Assembly (NCBI GenBank): GCA_963788195.1
Contig: CAWBGA010000013.1
Span: 192,001 to 256,000, forward strand
DNA from: Nitrospirota bacterium
GTDB taxonomy: Bacteria; Nitrospirota; Nitrospiria; Nitrospirales; NS-4
Reading direction: 5' to 3'
DNA: 64,000 bases
The notes beneath the pieces were generated by a model, which was not told the DNA's origin, made no database searches, and saw only the letters and a program-made list of their open reading frames with translations. Each line of letters opens with the position of its first letter. Position 1 is the stretch's first letter. Positions 52,221 to 62,658 of the stretch are shown here, one piece after another. A program made the position numbers and the translations under genes.

Positions 52221-54992
52221 ATGACCGCTGAACACATTCGACTTGAGGAGTCTCGTGAGGACAAGGTTTCGTGGAAGAAGTGGGGCCCCTACCTGAGCGA
52301 ACGCCAGTGGGGCACGGTGCGGGAAGACTACAGCACCGACGGCAATGCCTGGGACTATTTCACGCACGATCAAGCCCGCTCACGGGCCTATCGCTGGGGC
52401 GAGGATGGCCTGGCGGGAATCTCCGACGACAAGCAACGGCTCTGTTTTGCGCTCGCCCTCTGGAATGGGAAGGATCCCATTTTGAAGGAACGACTCTTCG
52501 GTCTGACCAACAGCGAAGGCAATCACGGCGAGGATGTGAAGGAGTATTACTTCTACCTCGACAGTACGCCGACTCACTCCTACATGAAATATCTCTACAA
52601 GTATCCACAGGCCGCCTACCCCTACTCTAACCTGGTGGACACGAATCGAGGGCGTTCTCGGAACGAGATGGAGTATGAACTGCTCGATACCGGGGTGTTT
52701 GCTCAGGATCGCTACTTTGATGTCTTCGTGGAGTATGCCAAAGGCGGTGCTGAAGACATCCTCGTGCAGATTACGGCGGTCAACCGGGGGCCAGACAAGG
52801 CCGAGCTGCACCTGCTGCCGACCCTGTGGTTCCGCAACGACTGGGCGTCGTGGATTATTGGACCTGGTGCGAAACCGGTCCTCAAGCAGATCAAGGGACC
52901 GGCGGGCACAAGTGCGATGGTGGCGGAACATCCCATACTGGGCACGTACTCTCTGTACTGCGAAGGCGGCGTGCCGTTGCTTTTTACCGAGAACGAAACA
53001 AACAACGAGCGGCACTTTCCCGAACACCCGAACGCCAGCCCCTACGTCAAAGACGGCATCAACAACTATGTCGTACAGGGTCATAAGACAGCAGTGAACC
53101 CCGGCCACCAGGGCACCAAGAGCGCGGCGCACTACCGGCAGGTGGTGGGTCCTGGCCAGTCGATGACCGTGCGCCTGCGCCTCACCAATCAAACCCCCGC
53201 CGTCCCCTTCGGGCCGGCATTTGCCGACACCCTTGCCGCTCGCTTGCGAGAGGCGGACGAGTTCTACCGTTCCGTGACTCCGCCTTCGGTCTCACCGGAC
53301 GCGGCCAATGTCATGCGCCAGGCCCTTGCCGGCATGCTCTGGTCCAAGCAGTACTACTTCTTCGATGCAAATCGCTGGCTATTGGAACACCGGGCCCACC
53401 CCCTCCATCCCGGCAGCCGGTACTCCAGAAATTCGGAGTGGTTTCACATGGTCAACGAGGACATCATCTCGATGCCGGACAAGTGGGAGTATCCCTGGTA
53501 CGCGGCCTGGGATCTGGCCTTCCACACACTGCCGCTCGCGATCGTAGACCCCGACTTCGCGAAACAGCAGATGCAACTCATGCTCCAGGGGTTATATCTG
53601 CACCCCAACGGTCAGATGCCCGCCTACGAGTGGAACTTCAGCGACGTAAACCCTCCGGTCCACGCCTTTGCAACCTTGTTCCTCCACCGCACCGAGGAAG
53701 CGCTGCGTGGCGAGACGGACGTGGATTTCCTCAAGTCGGCGTTCAACAAGCTCTTGCTGAACTTTACCTGGTGGGTGAACCGGAAGGACCGGTTCGGCAA
53801 GAACGTGTTCGAGGGGGGATTTCTCGGTCTCGACAACATCGGCATCTTCGACCGCAGCGCCCCGCTGCCCACCGGCGGCCACCTGGAGCAGGCCGATGGC
53901 ACGGCCTGGATGGCGCTCTTCAGCCAGAACATGCTGGAGCTCGCCGTGGAGCTTGTCCCCCACGACCCCACCTACGAGGACATGGTGATAAAGTTCATTG
54001 AGCACTTCCTCTATATTGCCGCGGCCATGAACAAGCCCGGGCCGGACGGCATGTGGGACGAGGAGGACGGCTTCTACTACGACCTGCTGCGGCTTCCCGA
54101 CGGCAGCGCCCAGCGGCTCAAGGTACGCTCGATGGTGGGGCTGCTGCCCTTGTGCGCCACCACGGTAGCCGAGAAGTGGCAGCGTGAACGCATTCCAAGG
54201 TTTGCCGCTGCGATGCAGGCCCGCATGCGCCAGATGCCTGAGCTGTTCAAATTCATTCACCCCACCGGCGCCGGGCATTACGGGGTGGCGGAGCGGGGGA
54301 TCATTGCCCTGCTCAACCCGGAGCGGCTGCGACGAATCCTCTCGAAGATGCTCGACGAGAACGAGTTCCTGAGCCCCTACGGCATTCGCTCGCTCTCCAA
54401 GTTCCACGAGCGGAACCCGTATGTCTTCCACGCAGGCGGCCAGGAGTACCGGCTGGACTATCTGCCTGGTGAATCGGACAGCGGCATGTTCGGGGGCAAC
54501 TCCAACTGGCGAGGGCCGATCTGGATGCCGGTAAACGCCATGATCATCCGGGCGCTGCTCAATTTCTACCTGTACTACGGCGACAATTTCAAAATTGAAT
54601 GCCCCACGGGATCCGGCAAGATGATGAACCTCTTCGAGGTGTCCAAGGAGATCGCGGATCGGCTCACCCGGATCTTTCTGCGTGACCCTTCGACAGGCTC
54701 AGGGCAGGCTCCTTCGACAAGCTCAGGGCAGGCTGGCCGGCGACCCGTGTACGGGGGCACGGAGAAGTTCCAGACCGATCCTCACTGGCGCGATCACCTC
54801 CTTTTCTATGAATACTTCCACGGCGACAGCGGGGCGGGGCTCGGCGCGAGCCACCAAACCGGCTGGACGGGGGTGATTGCCAAGCTCATCCAGCTCGGCG
54901 GCTTGCTGGACCCGAAGCAGGCCCTTGAGGGCGGGAAACTCGCGGCCTTCCAAAAGCCGGCGGCAGCCAAGAAACCGCCGGGCAGGAAATGA
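52221..54992 (+). CDS. GH63/MGH1-like glucosidase
   Basis: WGPYLSERQWGTVREDYS, MPDKWEYPW, GASHQTGWTG. Confidence 0.9.
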   Translation: MTAEHIRLEESREDKVSWKKWGPYLSERQWGTVREDYSTDGNAWDYFTHDQARSRAYRWGEDGLAGISDDKQRLCFALALWNGKDPILKERLFGLTNSEGNHGEDVKEYYFYLDSTPTHSYMKYLYKYPQAAYPYSNLVDTNRGRSRNEMEYELLDTGVFAQDRYFDVFVEYAKGGAEDILVQITAVNRGPDKAELHLLPTLWFRNDWASWIIGPGAKPVLKQIKGPAGTSAMVAEHPILGTYSLYCEGGVPLLFTENETNNERHFPEHPNASPYVKDGINNYVVQGHKTAVNPGHQGTKSAAHYRQVVGPGQSMTVRLRLTNQTPAVPFGPAFADTLAARLREADEFYRSVTPPSVSPDAANVMRQALAGMLWSKQYYFFDANRWLLEHRAHPLHPGSRYSRNSEWFHMVNEDIISMPDKWEYPWYAAWDLAFHTLPLAIVDPDFAKQQMQLMLQGLYLHPNGQMPAYEWNFSDVNPPVHAFATLFLHRTEEALRGETDVDFLKSAFNKLLLNFTWWVNRKDRFGKNVFEGGFLGLDNIGIFDRSAPLPTGGHLEQADGTAWMALFSQNMLELAVELVPHDPTYEDMVIKFIEHFLYIAAAMNKPGPDGMWDEEDGFYYDLLRLPDGSAQRLKVRSMVGLLPLCATTVAEKWQRERIPRFAAAMQARMRQMPELFKFIHPTGAGHYGVAERGIIALLNPERLRRILSKMLDENEFLSPYGIRSLSKFHERNPYVFHAGGQEYRLDYLPGESDSGMFGGNSNWRGPIWMPVNAMIIRALLNFYLYYGDNFKIECPTGSGKMMNLFEVSKEIADRLTRIFLRDPSTGSGQAPSTSSGQAGRRPVYGGTEKFQTDPHWRDHLLFYEYFHGDSGAGLGASHQTGWTGVIAKLIQLGGLLDPKQALEGGKLAAFQKPAAAKKPPGRK
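54687..54734 (+). repeat. Two 24-bp REP-like units inserted in frame (PSTGSGQA-PSTSSGQA)
   Basis: CCTTCGACAGGCTCAGGGCAGGCT + CCTTCGACAAGCTCAGGGCAGGCT. Confidence 0.8.
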
Positions 54993-55070
54993 TGGTAACG
55001 GGCACGGCCGGTGTACCCTCTCCTCTTCTATGAATACTTCCACGGCGACAGTGGGGCAGGCTTGGGTGCG
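54991..55070 (+). pseudogene. Deleted remnant of a second GH63 C-terminus
   Basis: Encodes DGNG..RPVY and LLFYEYFHGDSGAGLGA, matching 54798-54848 with synonymous changes. Confidence 0.75.
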
Positions 55071-55101
55071 CCTTTAAGGCCGGCGCACCGCACGTGAAAT
55101 C

Positions 55102-56585
55102 GTGAAGGCCTGGCCCGCGCATCCCCTGCTCTATCAGATCAATACCCGGGTTTGGTTGACGGAATTATCAGAAAAGTTGGGCCGACCAGCGACGTTGGAG
55201 GACATTTCCGACACCGAGTTGGATCGCCTGGCAGCGAAGGGGTTTAACTGGATCTGGTTTTTGAGCGTTTGGCAGACGGGGGTCGCCGGACAACGAGTCT
55301 CGCGTGCCAATCCTGAATGGCGGAGAGAATTTCAGGAGACCCTGCCGGATTTGACAGACGCAGACATCCCTGGATCCGGGTTTGCGATCACGGGTTACTC
55401 TGTTCATCCCGCATTGGGAGGTGATGCGGCGCTCGCGCGGTTACGTGAGCGTCTCCGCAATCGAGGCCTCCGGTTGATGCTCGATTTCGTCCCCAACCAC
55501 ACCGGCCTGGATCATCCTTGGGTGGAAGACCATCCCGAGTATTACATTTCTGGAACCGAACTCGATCTCGCGCGCGCCCCGCAAAACTATACATGGACCA
55601 AATGCAAAGGTCGCGACATGTTGCTCGCCCACGGACGAGATCCGTATTTCCCCGGCTGGCCGGATACGCTGCAGCTCAACTACGGCAATCCGCCACGCAA
55701 GACGCGATGATCGGAGAATTGCTGAAGATCGCCGGGCAATGTGACGGCGTGCGATGTGACATGGCGATGCTCGTCCTACCCGAGGTTTTCGAACAGACGT
55801 GGGGTCTCAAGGCAGATCCGTTCTGGCCCAAGGCAATTCAGCGCGTGAGGGAACGAGTTCCGGGTTTCTGCTTGATGGCTGAGGTCTACTGGGACTTGGA
55901 ATGGACGCTGCAGCAACAGGGATTTGATTACACATACGACAAGCGGCTATATGACCGTCTTCGCGAGAGCCATGCCAGGCCGGTGCGCGACCATTTGCGC
56001 GCCGAGCTCGACTACCAGAAGAAGATGGCCCGGTTCCTGGAAAACCATGACGAGCCCAGGGCGGCCGCAACATTCCCTCCCGGCATGCATGAGGCTGCGG
56101 CTGTCATCACGTTCTTGTCCGCTGGACTGCGCTTTTTCCATCAAGGGCAGTTTGAAGGCCGGAGGAAACGTATCTCGCCTCATCTGGTTCGCGCGCCACA
56201 TGAGCCGATCGACGAAGCACGTCACGAGTTCTACGAGCGTCTCCTCGCGGTGCTCCGGCAGCGGACGGTTCGAGACGGCCAGTGGCACTTGCTCGAGTGT
56301 GTGCCGGCATGGGATGGCAATGGGACATCGGATTCTTTCCTGGCGTTTGCCTGGCAAGGCCCCGGTGAGGAGCGGCTGCTGGTCACGGTAAACTACGCGG
56401 CCAACCAGAGCCAGTGTTACGTGCGTCTCCCCTTCCCCCATCTTGCCGGCCGCAGGGGGCGATTCAAGGATCTCATGAGTGCAGCCTCCTATGAACGCCA
56501 TGGGGACGAACTCCTGTCACGAGGCCTCTATCTCGACATGCCGGCTTGGGGCTATCACGTCTTCGAGGTGAGCATCGGGACCTGA
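55102..56585 (+). CDS. Alpha-amylase family (GH13) protein; frameshift near 55690
   Basis: LYQINTR, LDFVPNH, DGVRCDMA, AEVYW, FLENHDE. Confidence 0.9.
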
Positions 56586-56594
56586 TTGGCAAAC

Positions 56595-56824
56595 ATGGTT
56601 TCTCCCAAGAGACTTCAGTTGCTTTGGTTCTTTTTCAGTGTGATCATCCTTGCGGGCTGTGGGGAATTAGCCATACAGGATACAGCGAGTCTGTTAGTCC
56701 CCAGCTTTCGAAGGTCTGAAGTCGTCGGCTTTGTGGCGGGATTAGGAACGACCTTTGCCGCCCTGCCGGATTTGATCGGGATACCGTAATCCTTTGGAAT
56801 ATCATCGCGGTGGCGACGAGTTGA
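56595..56824 (+). pseudogene. SemiSWEET/PQ-loop-like transporter with internal deletion
   Basis: GFVAGLGTTFAALPDL followed directly, in another frame, by VILWNIIAV. Confidence 0.6.
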
Positions 56825-56830
56825 TCGAAC

Positions 56831-56846
56831 CTGTCACTTTTGACAG
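56831..56846. promoter_or_regulatory. Palindrome CTGTCA-CTTT-TGACAG (motif copy 4)
   Basis: Perfect inverted repeat about 170 bp upstream of the phosphatase-fba-ackA-xfp unit. Confidence 0.6.
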
Positions 56847-57013
56847 TTTCTCTTTCCCCCGCCTTTCTATATAAGAACGATCAATCGGCTCCGCTCTATG
56901 CGCCGAACGCGAAGGTGTCGCAATGGCGGCCTACTCTCCCCGCCGGCGAAGCGGGTCGATTAATATAGGGTGTTTCGGCGAACAGCATCTCTCAAATCGG
57001 AAGCTAATCCCCC

Positions 57014-57598
57014 ATGGCTGCGCCGGCACAACAGGTGTTCATTGTGCGTCACGGTGAAACCGAGTGGAGTCTCAGCGGACAACACACCGGAACCACCGAC
57101 ATCCCGCTGACGGAACACGGCCGGCAAGTGGCCAGACTACTGCAACCGATCCTGGCGAAGGAATCGTTCGCGCTGGCCCTGACCAGTCCCCTGCAGCGAG
57201 CCCAGGAGACCTGCCGGCTGACCGGTTTCGGGGACGTGGCAACCGTCGAGCCTGACCTGGTGGAGTGGAACTACGGGCGCTATGAGGGATTGACGCCCGG
57301 CCAGATCCATGCCACGGCTCCGGGCTGGCTGATTTTTCGAGATGGCTGCCCGGGCGGAGAGCAGCCAGAAGAGATCGGAGCGCGGGTCGATCGCGTGATT
57401 GCAAAAGTGCGCGCCGTCGAAGGCAATGTCGCATTGTTCGCCCATGGGCACGTGTTCAGAGTCCTCGCCGCTCGTTGGCTGGGCTTTCCCCCTTTGGCCG
57501 GACAGCATTTTCTGCTCGATACGGCGACTATGACCATCCTGAGTTACTATCGCGGTGTCCCGGCGATCAAGCAGTGGAACGCGCCGGTTCAGCTCTGA
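57014..57598 (+). CDS. Histidine phosphatase / phosphoglycerate mutase family
   Basis: RHGETEWS, SPLQRA, EWNYG, FAHGH. Confidence 0.9.
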   Translation: MAAPAQQVFIVRHGETEWSLSGQHTGTTDIPLTEHGRQVARLLQPILAKESFALALTSPLQRAQETCRLTGFGDVATVEPDLVEWNYGRYEGLTPGQIHATAPGWLIFRDGCPGGEQPEEIGARVDRVIAKVRAVEGNVALFAHGHVFRVLAARWLGFPPLAGQHFLLDTATMTILSYYRGVPAIKQWNAPVQL

Positions 57599-57736
57599 GC
57601 GACATGTTCAAAAATCTTCAGGCCAAAGTAAATAAGCAGGAATGTGCCGGGAACTGCCCACCTACGTCGTCCATCTAACGAAACTCAAAAGCCACGTGAG
57701 ACTGAACCGGCCGAGAACGAAGGGGAGAACGAGGAC

Positions 57737-58804
57737 ATGAGTGAGCGAAATCTGGATGGCACGGCGATGGCGCTGGTCGCTGAGGGCAAGGGCATTCTGG
57801 CAGCGGACGAGACGGTTCCTACGCTCACCAAGCGCTTCGCCGCGCTCAAGATCGAGTCGACGGAAGACAGCCGCCGCGCCTACCGTGAAATGTTCTTTAC
57901 GACGCCGGATGTTGCCGAGTTTATCAGCGGCGTGATCCTGCAAGACGAAACCATCCGGCAGAAGAATGCTTCGGGCATACCGTTGGCCGAGGTATTGTCC
58001 AAGCAAGGAATCATCCCGGGCATCAAAGTGGATAGCGGAGCGAAGGTGCTTGCCGGTTCGCCGGAAGAAAAAATGACCGAAGGACTCGATGGACTCAGAG
58101 ACCGTCTGAAGGAATATGCGGCGATGGGCGCGCGATTCGCCAAGTGGCGGGCGGTGATTCGTATCACTGATGCATTGCCCAGCCGGATGTGTGTCAGTGT
58201 GAACGCCCACGCGCTGGCCCGTTATGCTGCCCTGTGCCAGGAGCAAGGCATCGTCCCGATTGTGGAGCCAGAGGTTCTGATGGACGGTTCTCACACGATC
58301 GAACGCTGCGAAGAGGTCACCAGTTCGGTGCTTCACGCGGTCTTTGATGCGCTCTTCGAGCAAAGTATCAGGCTGGAAGGGATGCTCCTCAAGCCGAACA
58401 TGGTGATCTCGGGCAAGGAATGCAGTCGTAAAGCCTCGGTCGAAGAAGTAGCAACCGCGACGTTGCGGTGTTTGCGCCGCCATGTGCCGGCTTCGGTCCC
58501 CGGCATCGTCTTTCTGTCCGGTGGGCAAAGCGACGTCCTCGCCACAGCCCATTTGAATGCGATCAACAAGCTCGATTTGCCGAAGCCGTGGACGATCAGT
58601 TTTTCCTACGGGCGGGCGCTTCAGGATCCAGCGATTGAAGCCTGGCACGGCAAACAACAAAATCTGAAAACAGGCCAGCAAGCCTTCTCTCACCGGGCGA
58701 AATGCAACAGTGCTGCCGCTGTTGGCAAATATACCAATGCATTGGAAGGCAAGAAGTCGGGTGCGGAGGCAGGCGCGCATCGCTCGGACTGGCACGATGA
58801 CTGA
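57737..58804 (+). CDS. fba: Class I fructose-bisphosphate aldolase (eukaryote-like type)
   Basis: GKGILAADE, GIKVD, FAKWR, PIVEPEV, LKPNM, FLSGGQ, FSYGRALQ. Confidence 0.94.
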   Translation: MSERNLDGTAMALVAEGKGILAADETVPTLTKRFAALKIESTEDSRRAYREMFFTTPDVAEFISGVILQDETIRQKNASGIPLAEVLSKQGIIPGIKVDSGAKVLAGSPEEKMTEGLDGLRDRLKEYAAMGARFAKWRAVIRITDALPSRMCVSVNAHALARYAALCQEQGIVPIVEPEVLMDGSHTIERCEEVTSSVLHAVFDALFEQSIRLEGMLLKPNMVISGKECSRKASVEEVATATLRCLRRHVPASVPGIVFLSGGQSDVLATAHLNAINKLDLPKPWTISFSYGRALQDPAIEAWHGKQQNLKTGQQAFSHRAKCNSAAAVGKYTNALEGKKSGAEAGAHRSDWHDD

Positions 58805-58841
58805 AACACCCTGGCGCATGCCGTGAGACTTCAGCGCTGAC

Positions 58842-60071
58842 ATGCAGGTGCTGGTGATCAACAGCGGGAGCTCGTCGATTAAATTTCGGCTCGTGGACGT
58901 GGTTGAGGAGGCGAGGGGAGTACTGACAAGTCGGCCGGCGTTACTCCAAGGAGCTGTCAAAGGCATCGGGGGGGGCGCAAGCTTCGAGGTGACAGGACAG
59001 GACAGCCACCGTTCGACCACGACATTGGAGATTCGCGACCATGCGCATGCATTGCGCGTTGTGTTTGATCGTCTGGCCGGTTCTCTCGGCAACATCGAGG
59101 CGGTCGGGCATCGGGTAGTGCATGGAGGAAATCGGTACGTGGAGCCTACGTTGATTACTGAAGAGGTTGAGGCAGGCATCGACGCTCTGTCCGAATTGGC
59201 GCCGCTGCACAATCCCTCGGGTCTTGCAGGGATTCGCGGGGCCAAGGCGGCCTTGGGCCGCTCGGTACCGATGGTGGCGGTGTTCGACACGGCTTTTCAC
59301 CAAACCATGCCCGAGGTCGCCAAACAGTATGCGCTTCCCGCGGAACTGGCCAATCGACATCGTATCCAACGCTATGGTTTTCACGGGATTGCCCATGCCT
59401 CGCTTGCGAACGGTTACGCGGCCTGCACAGGGAATTCGTTGGAACAGGTGCGTCTGATCACCCTGCAGTTGGGCAATGGCTGCTCCGTCGCTGCAATCGC
59501 GCGAGGCCGTTCGGTCGAAACCTCGATGGGATTCACGCCCCTGGAAGGGCTGGTCATGGGAACGCGTTCGGGCGATGTGGATGCCTCCATTGTCAGCTAC
59601 CTGTCCGAGCGGGAGAAGGTCGAACCTGCTGAAGTCGAGCGGTGGCTCAACGAGCGGTCTGGCCTCCTCGGACTGTCGGGCCGGTCAAACGACATGCGGG
59701 AGTTGCTCCGTGCAGCCGAACAGGAACAGGACAAACGGGCGCAGTTCGCCATTGAGTTGTTCTGCTATCGGGTGCGCAAGTATCTCGGGGCCTACCTTGC
59801 CGTGTTAAATGGCGCCGATGCCATCGTGTTCGGAGGCGGGATTGGGGAAAACGCACCGGAGATTCGTGAGCGAATTTGCCAGGGCATGGAGTGGTGCGGT
59901 CTGAAGCTTAAGCCTGACCGCAATCGAGCAGCGGTGGGACTGGCGCCGGGCCGTGCTGTAAAGATCAGCACAGATGAATCGCGCTTGGCGGCCTACGTGG
60001 TCGCGGCGGATGAGGAAACCTGGATCGCCAACGAGACTGTCCGGTGCGTGCGCGGCGTATGTTCAAGCTGA
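58842..60071 (+). CDS. ackA: Acetate kinase
   Basis: [43 protein letters not shown]. Confidence 0.95.
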   Translation: MQVLVINSGSSSIKFRLVDVVEEARGVLTSRPALLQGAVKGIGGGASFEVTGQDSHRSTTTLEIRDHAHALRVVFDRLAGSLGNIEAVGHRVVHGGNRYVEPTLITEEVEAGIDALSELAPLHNPSGLAGIRGAKAALGRSVPMVAVFDTAFHQTMPEVAKQYALPAELANRHRIQRYGFHGIAHASLANGYAACTGNSLEQVRLITLQLGNGCSVAAIARGRSVETSMGFTPLEGLVMGTRSGDVDASIVSYLSEREKVEPAEVERWLNERSGLLGLSGRSNDMRELLRAAEQEQDKRAQFAIELFCYRVRKYLGAYLAVLNGADAIVFGGGIGENAPEIRERICQGMEWCGLKLKPDRNRAAVGLAPGRAVKISTDESRLAAYVVAADEETWIANETVRCVRGVCSS

Positions 60072-60120
60072 CAGCGTTAGAGAACAATTGAGCGCGGGTC
60101 GTAACCCAGAAGGAGAGATC

Positions 60121-62530
60121 ATGGGAAATTCATTGTCGCAGAAGGAACTGAAATTGATCGACGCCTACTGGCGCGCGGCGAACTATCTTTCGGTGGGGCA
60201 GATCTACATGTACGACAATCCCCTGCTGAAAAAGCCGTTGAAGAAAGAACACGTGAAACCCCGCCTGCTCGGTCATTGGGGGACCACCCCCGGGCTGAAT
60301 TTTATCTATGCCCATTTGAATCGAGTGATCAAGCAACGGGATCTCAACATGATCTACATTATCGGTCCCGGCCACGGCGGTCCCGGCATCGTCGCCAATG
60401 CGTACATGGAAGGAACCTACTCCGAGGTCTATCCGGACATCGCACAGGACGAAGAGGGCATGAAGCGGTTGTTCAAGCAGTTCTCGTTTCCCGGAGGCAT
60501 TCCCAGCCACGTGGCGCCCGAAACCCCCGGCTCGATTCACGAAGGCGGTGAATTGGGCTACGCCGTGTCACACGCATACGGGGCTGCGTACGACAATCCC
60601 GACTTGATCGTTTCCTGTGTCGTCGGCGATGGTGAGGCGGAAACGGGCCCGCTGGCAACCTCCTGGCACTCCAACAAGTTTCTCAATCCCCTCTCTGACG
60701 GTGTGGTGCTCCCGATCCTGCACCTGAACGGATACAAGATCGCGAACCCTTGCGTGCTGGCCCGCATCAGTCATCAAGAATTGGATCAGCTTTTCCGCGG
60801 CTACGGCTACACGCCCCACTTTGTCGAGGGCAGTGATCCGGAGAAGATGCACCAACTGATGGCTACCACACTCGACAACATCCTCGAGGATATTCACCGC
60901 ATCAAGGCTGACGCCCGCCGTACCGGCGGCAAGAAGCGACCGCTCTGGCCGATGATCATTCTCCGTTCACCCAAGGGATGGACCTGTCCGAAGGAGATTG
61001 ACGGCAAACGGACCGAGGACTACTGGCGGAGCCACCAGGTGCCGATGGGTGAAATGCACGAAAAACCCGCGCATATCAAGATCCTCGAAAAATGGATGAA
61101 GAGTTACAAGCCGGAGGAGCTGTTCGACAAGAACGGCCGGTTGAAACCCGAACTCGCCGATCTGCCGCCGAAGGGCAGCCGTCGCATGAGCGCCAATCCG
61201 CACGCCAACGGTGGCCTGCTGCTCAGGGATCTACGTCTGCCGGACTTCCGCGATTATGCCGTGAAGGTGACAAAGCCCGGCGCCATCTCGGCAGAATCCA
61301 CCCGCCTGATGGGGAAATTCCTGCGGGACACGATGAAGCTGAACATGGAGAGTCGAGAATTTCCGTCTGTTCAGTCCGGATGAGAACAACTCGAACCGCT
61401 GGCAGGATGCGATGGAGGTCACCAACCGCGCCTGGATGGCGGACCGCTACCCGTACGACGACCATTTGGCGCCGGACGGACGCGTGATGGAAATGCTCAG
61501 CGAACACCAGTGCCAGGGGTGGCTGGAAGGGTATCTCTTGACCGGCCGGCACGGATTCTTTTCCTGCTATGAGGCGTTCATCCACATCATCGACTCGATG
61601 TTCAATCAGCACGCCAAGTGGCTGAAGGTGTGCCACGAGATACCTTGGCGGCGCCCGATCGCCTCGCTCAATTATCTCTTGTCGTCCCACGTCTGGCGGC
61701 AGGATCACAACGGATTCAGCCACCAGGACCCCGGGTTCATCGATCACGTTATAAACAAGAAAGCAGATGTCGTCCGCGTGTATCTTCCGCCGGACGGGAA
61801 CACGCTCCTGTCTGTGACCGATCACTGCCTGCGCAGCCGCAACTATGTGAACGTCATCGTCGCGGGCAAACAACCGGCCCCCCAATGGTTGACGATGGAT
61901 CAGGCGATCAAACATTGCACGGCGGGCATCGGAATCTGGGAATGGGCCAGCAACGACAAGGGAAGCGAGCCTGATGTGGTGATGGCTTGCTGCGGTGACG
62001 TGCCCACGCTGGAGACGTTGGCCGCCGTGGATCTTTTTCGGCAGCACCTCCCGGCGTTGAAGATCCGGGTCATCAACGTCGTCAACTTGATGAAACTGCA
62101 GCCGCAGAGCGAACACCCGCATGGCCTGTCGGACCCGGACTTCGATGCGCTCTTCACCAAAGACAAGCCGATCGTGTTCGCCTTCCACGGCTACCCGTGG
62201 TTGATCCATCGACTCACGTACCGGCGGACAAACCACAAGAACCTGCACGTGCGCGGCTACAAGGAAGAAGGCACGACGAGCACGCCGTTCGACATGGTGG
62301 TGATGAACGATCTCGATCGGTTTCACCTCTTCGGCGACGTCATTGATCGGTTGCCGCAACTCGGGTCCCGCGCCGCCTATGCCAAGCAAGCGATAGGTGA
62401 GAAGCTGCTTGAGCACAAGCAATACATCTGCAAGTACGGTGAGGACATGCCCGAGATCACTGACTGGCAATGGGGTCAAAGAAAAGTGGAGACGAGACGG
62501 AGGACCTCGACCGAAGGCGACAACGTGTGA
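60121..62530 (+). CDS. xfp: Xylulose-5-P/fructose-6-P phosphoketolase; frameshift near 61355
   Basis: [47 protein letters not shown]. Confidence 0.95.
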
Positions 62531-62658
62531 TGCGGAAGCAGCCATCGGTGCACAGCGTGTCGTCCTGAGAGCGAAGACATTGTCTACATGATGGGAGCGG
62601 GAGAAGGAAACCATGTCGGCGAAGAAACCGCTTCCTTGAACCGCTAGGCGGAGGGTGT

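Noticed and set aside
57662..62614. Long minus-strand ORFs (542 aa, 463 aa) and similar antisense ORFs elsewhere
   Set aside because: Shadows of well-supported plus-strand genes in GC-rich DNA; no recognisable motifs
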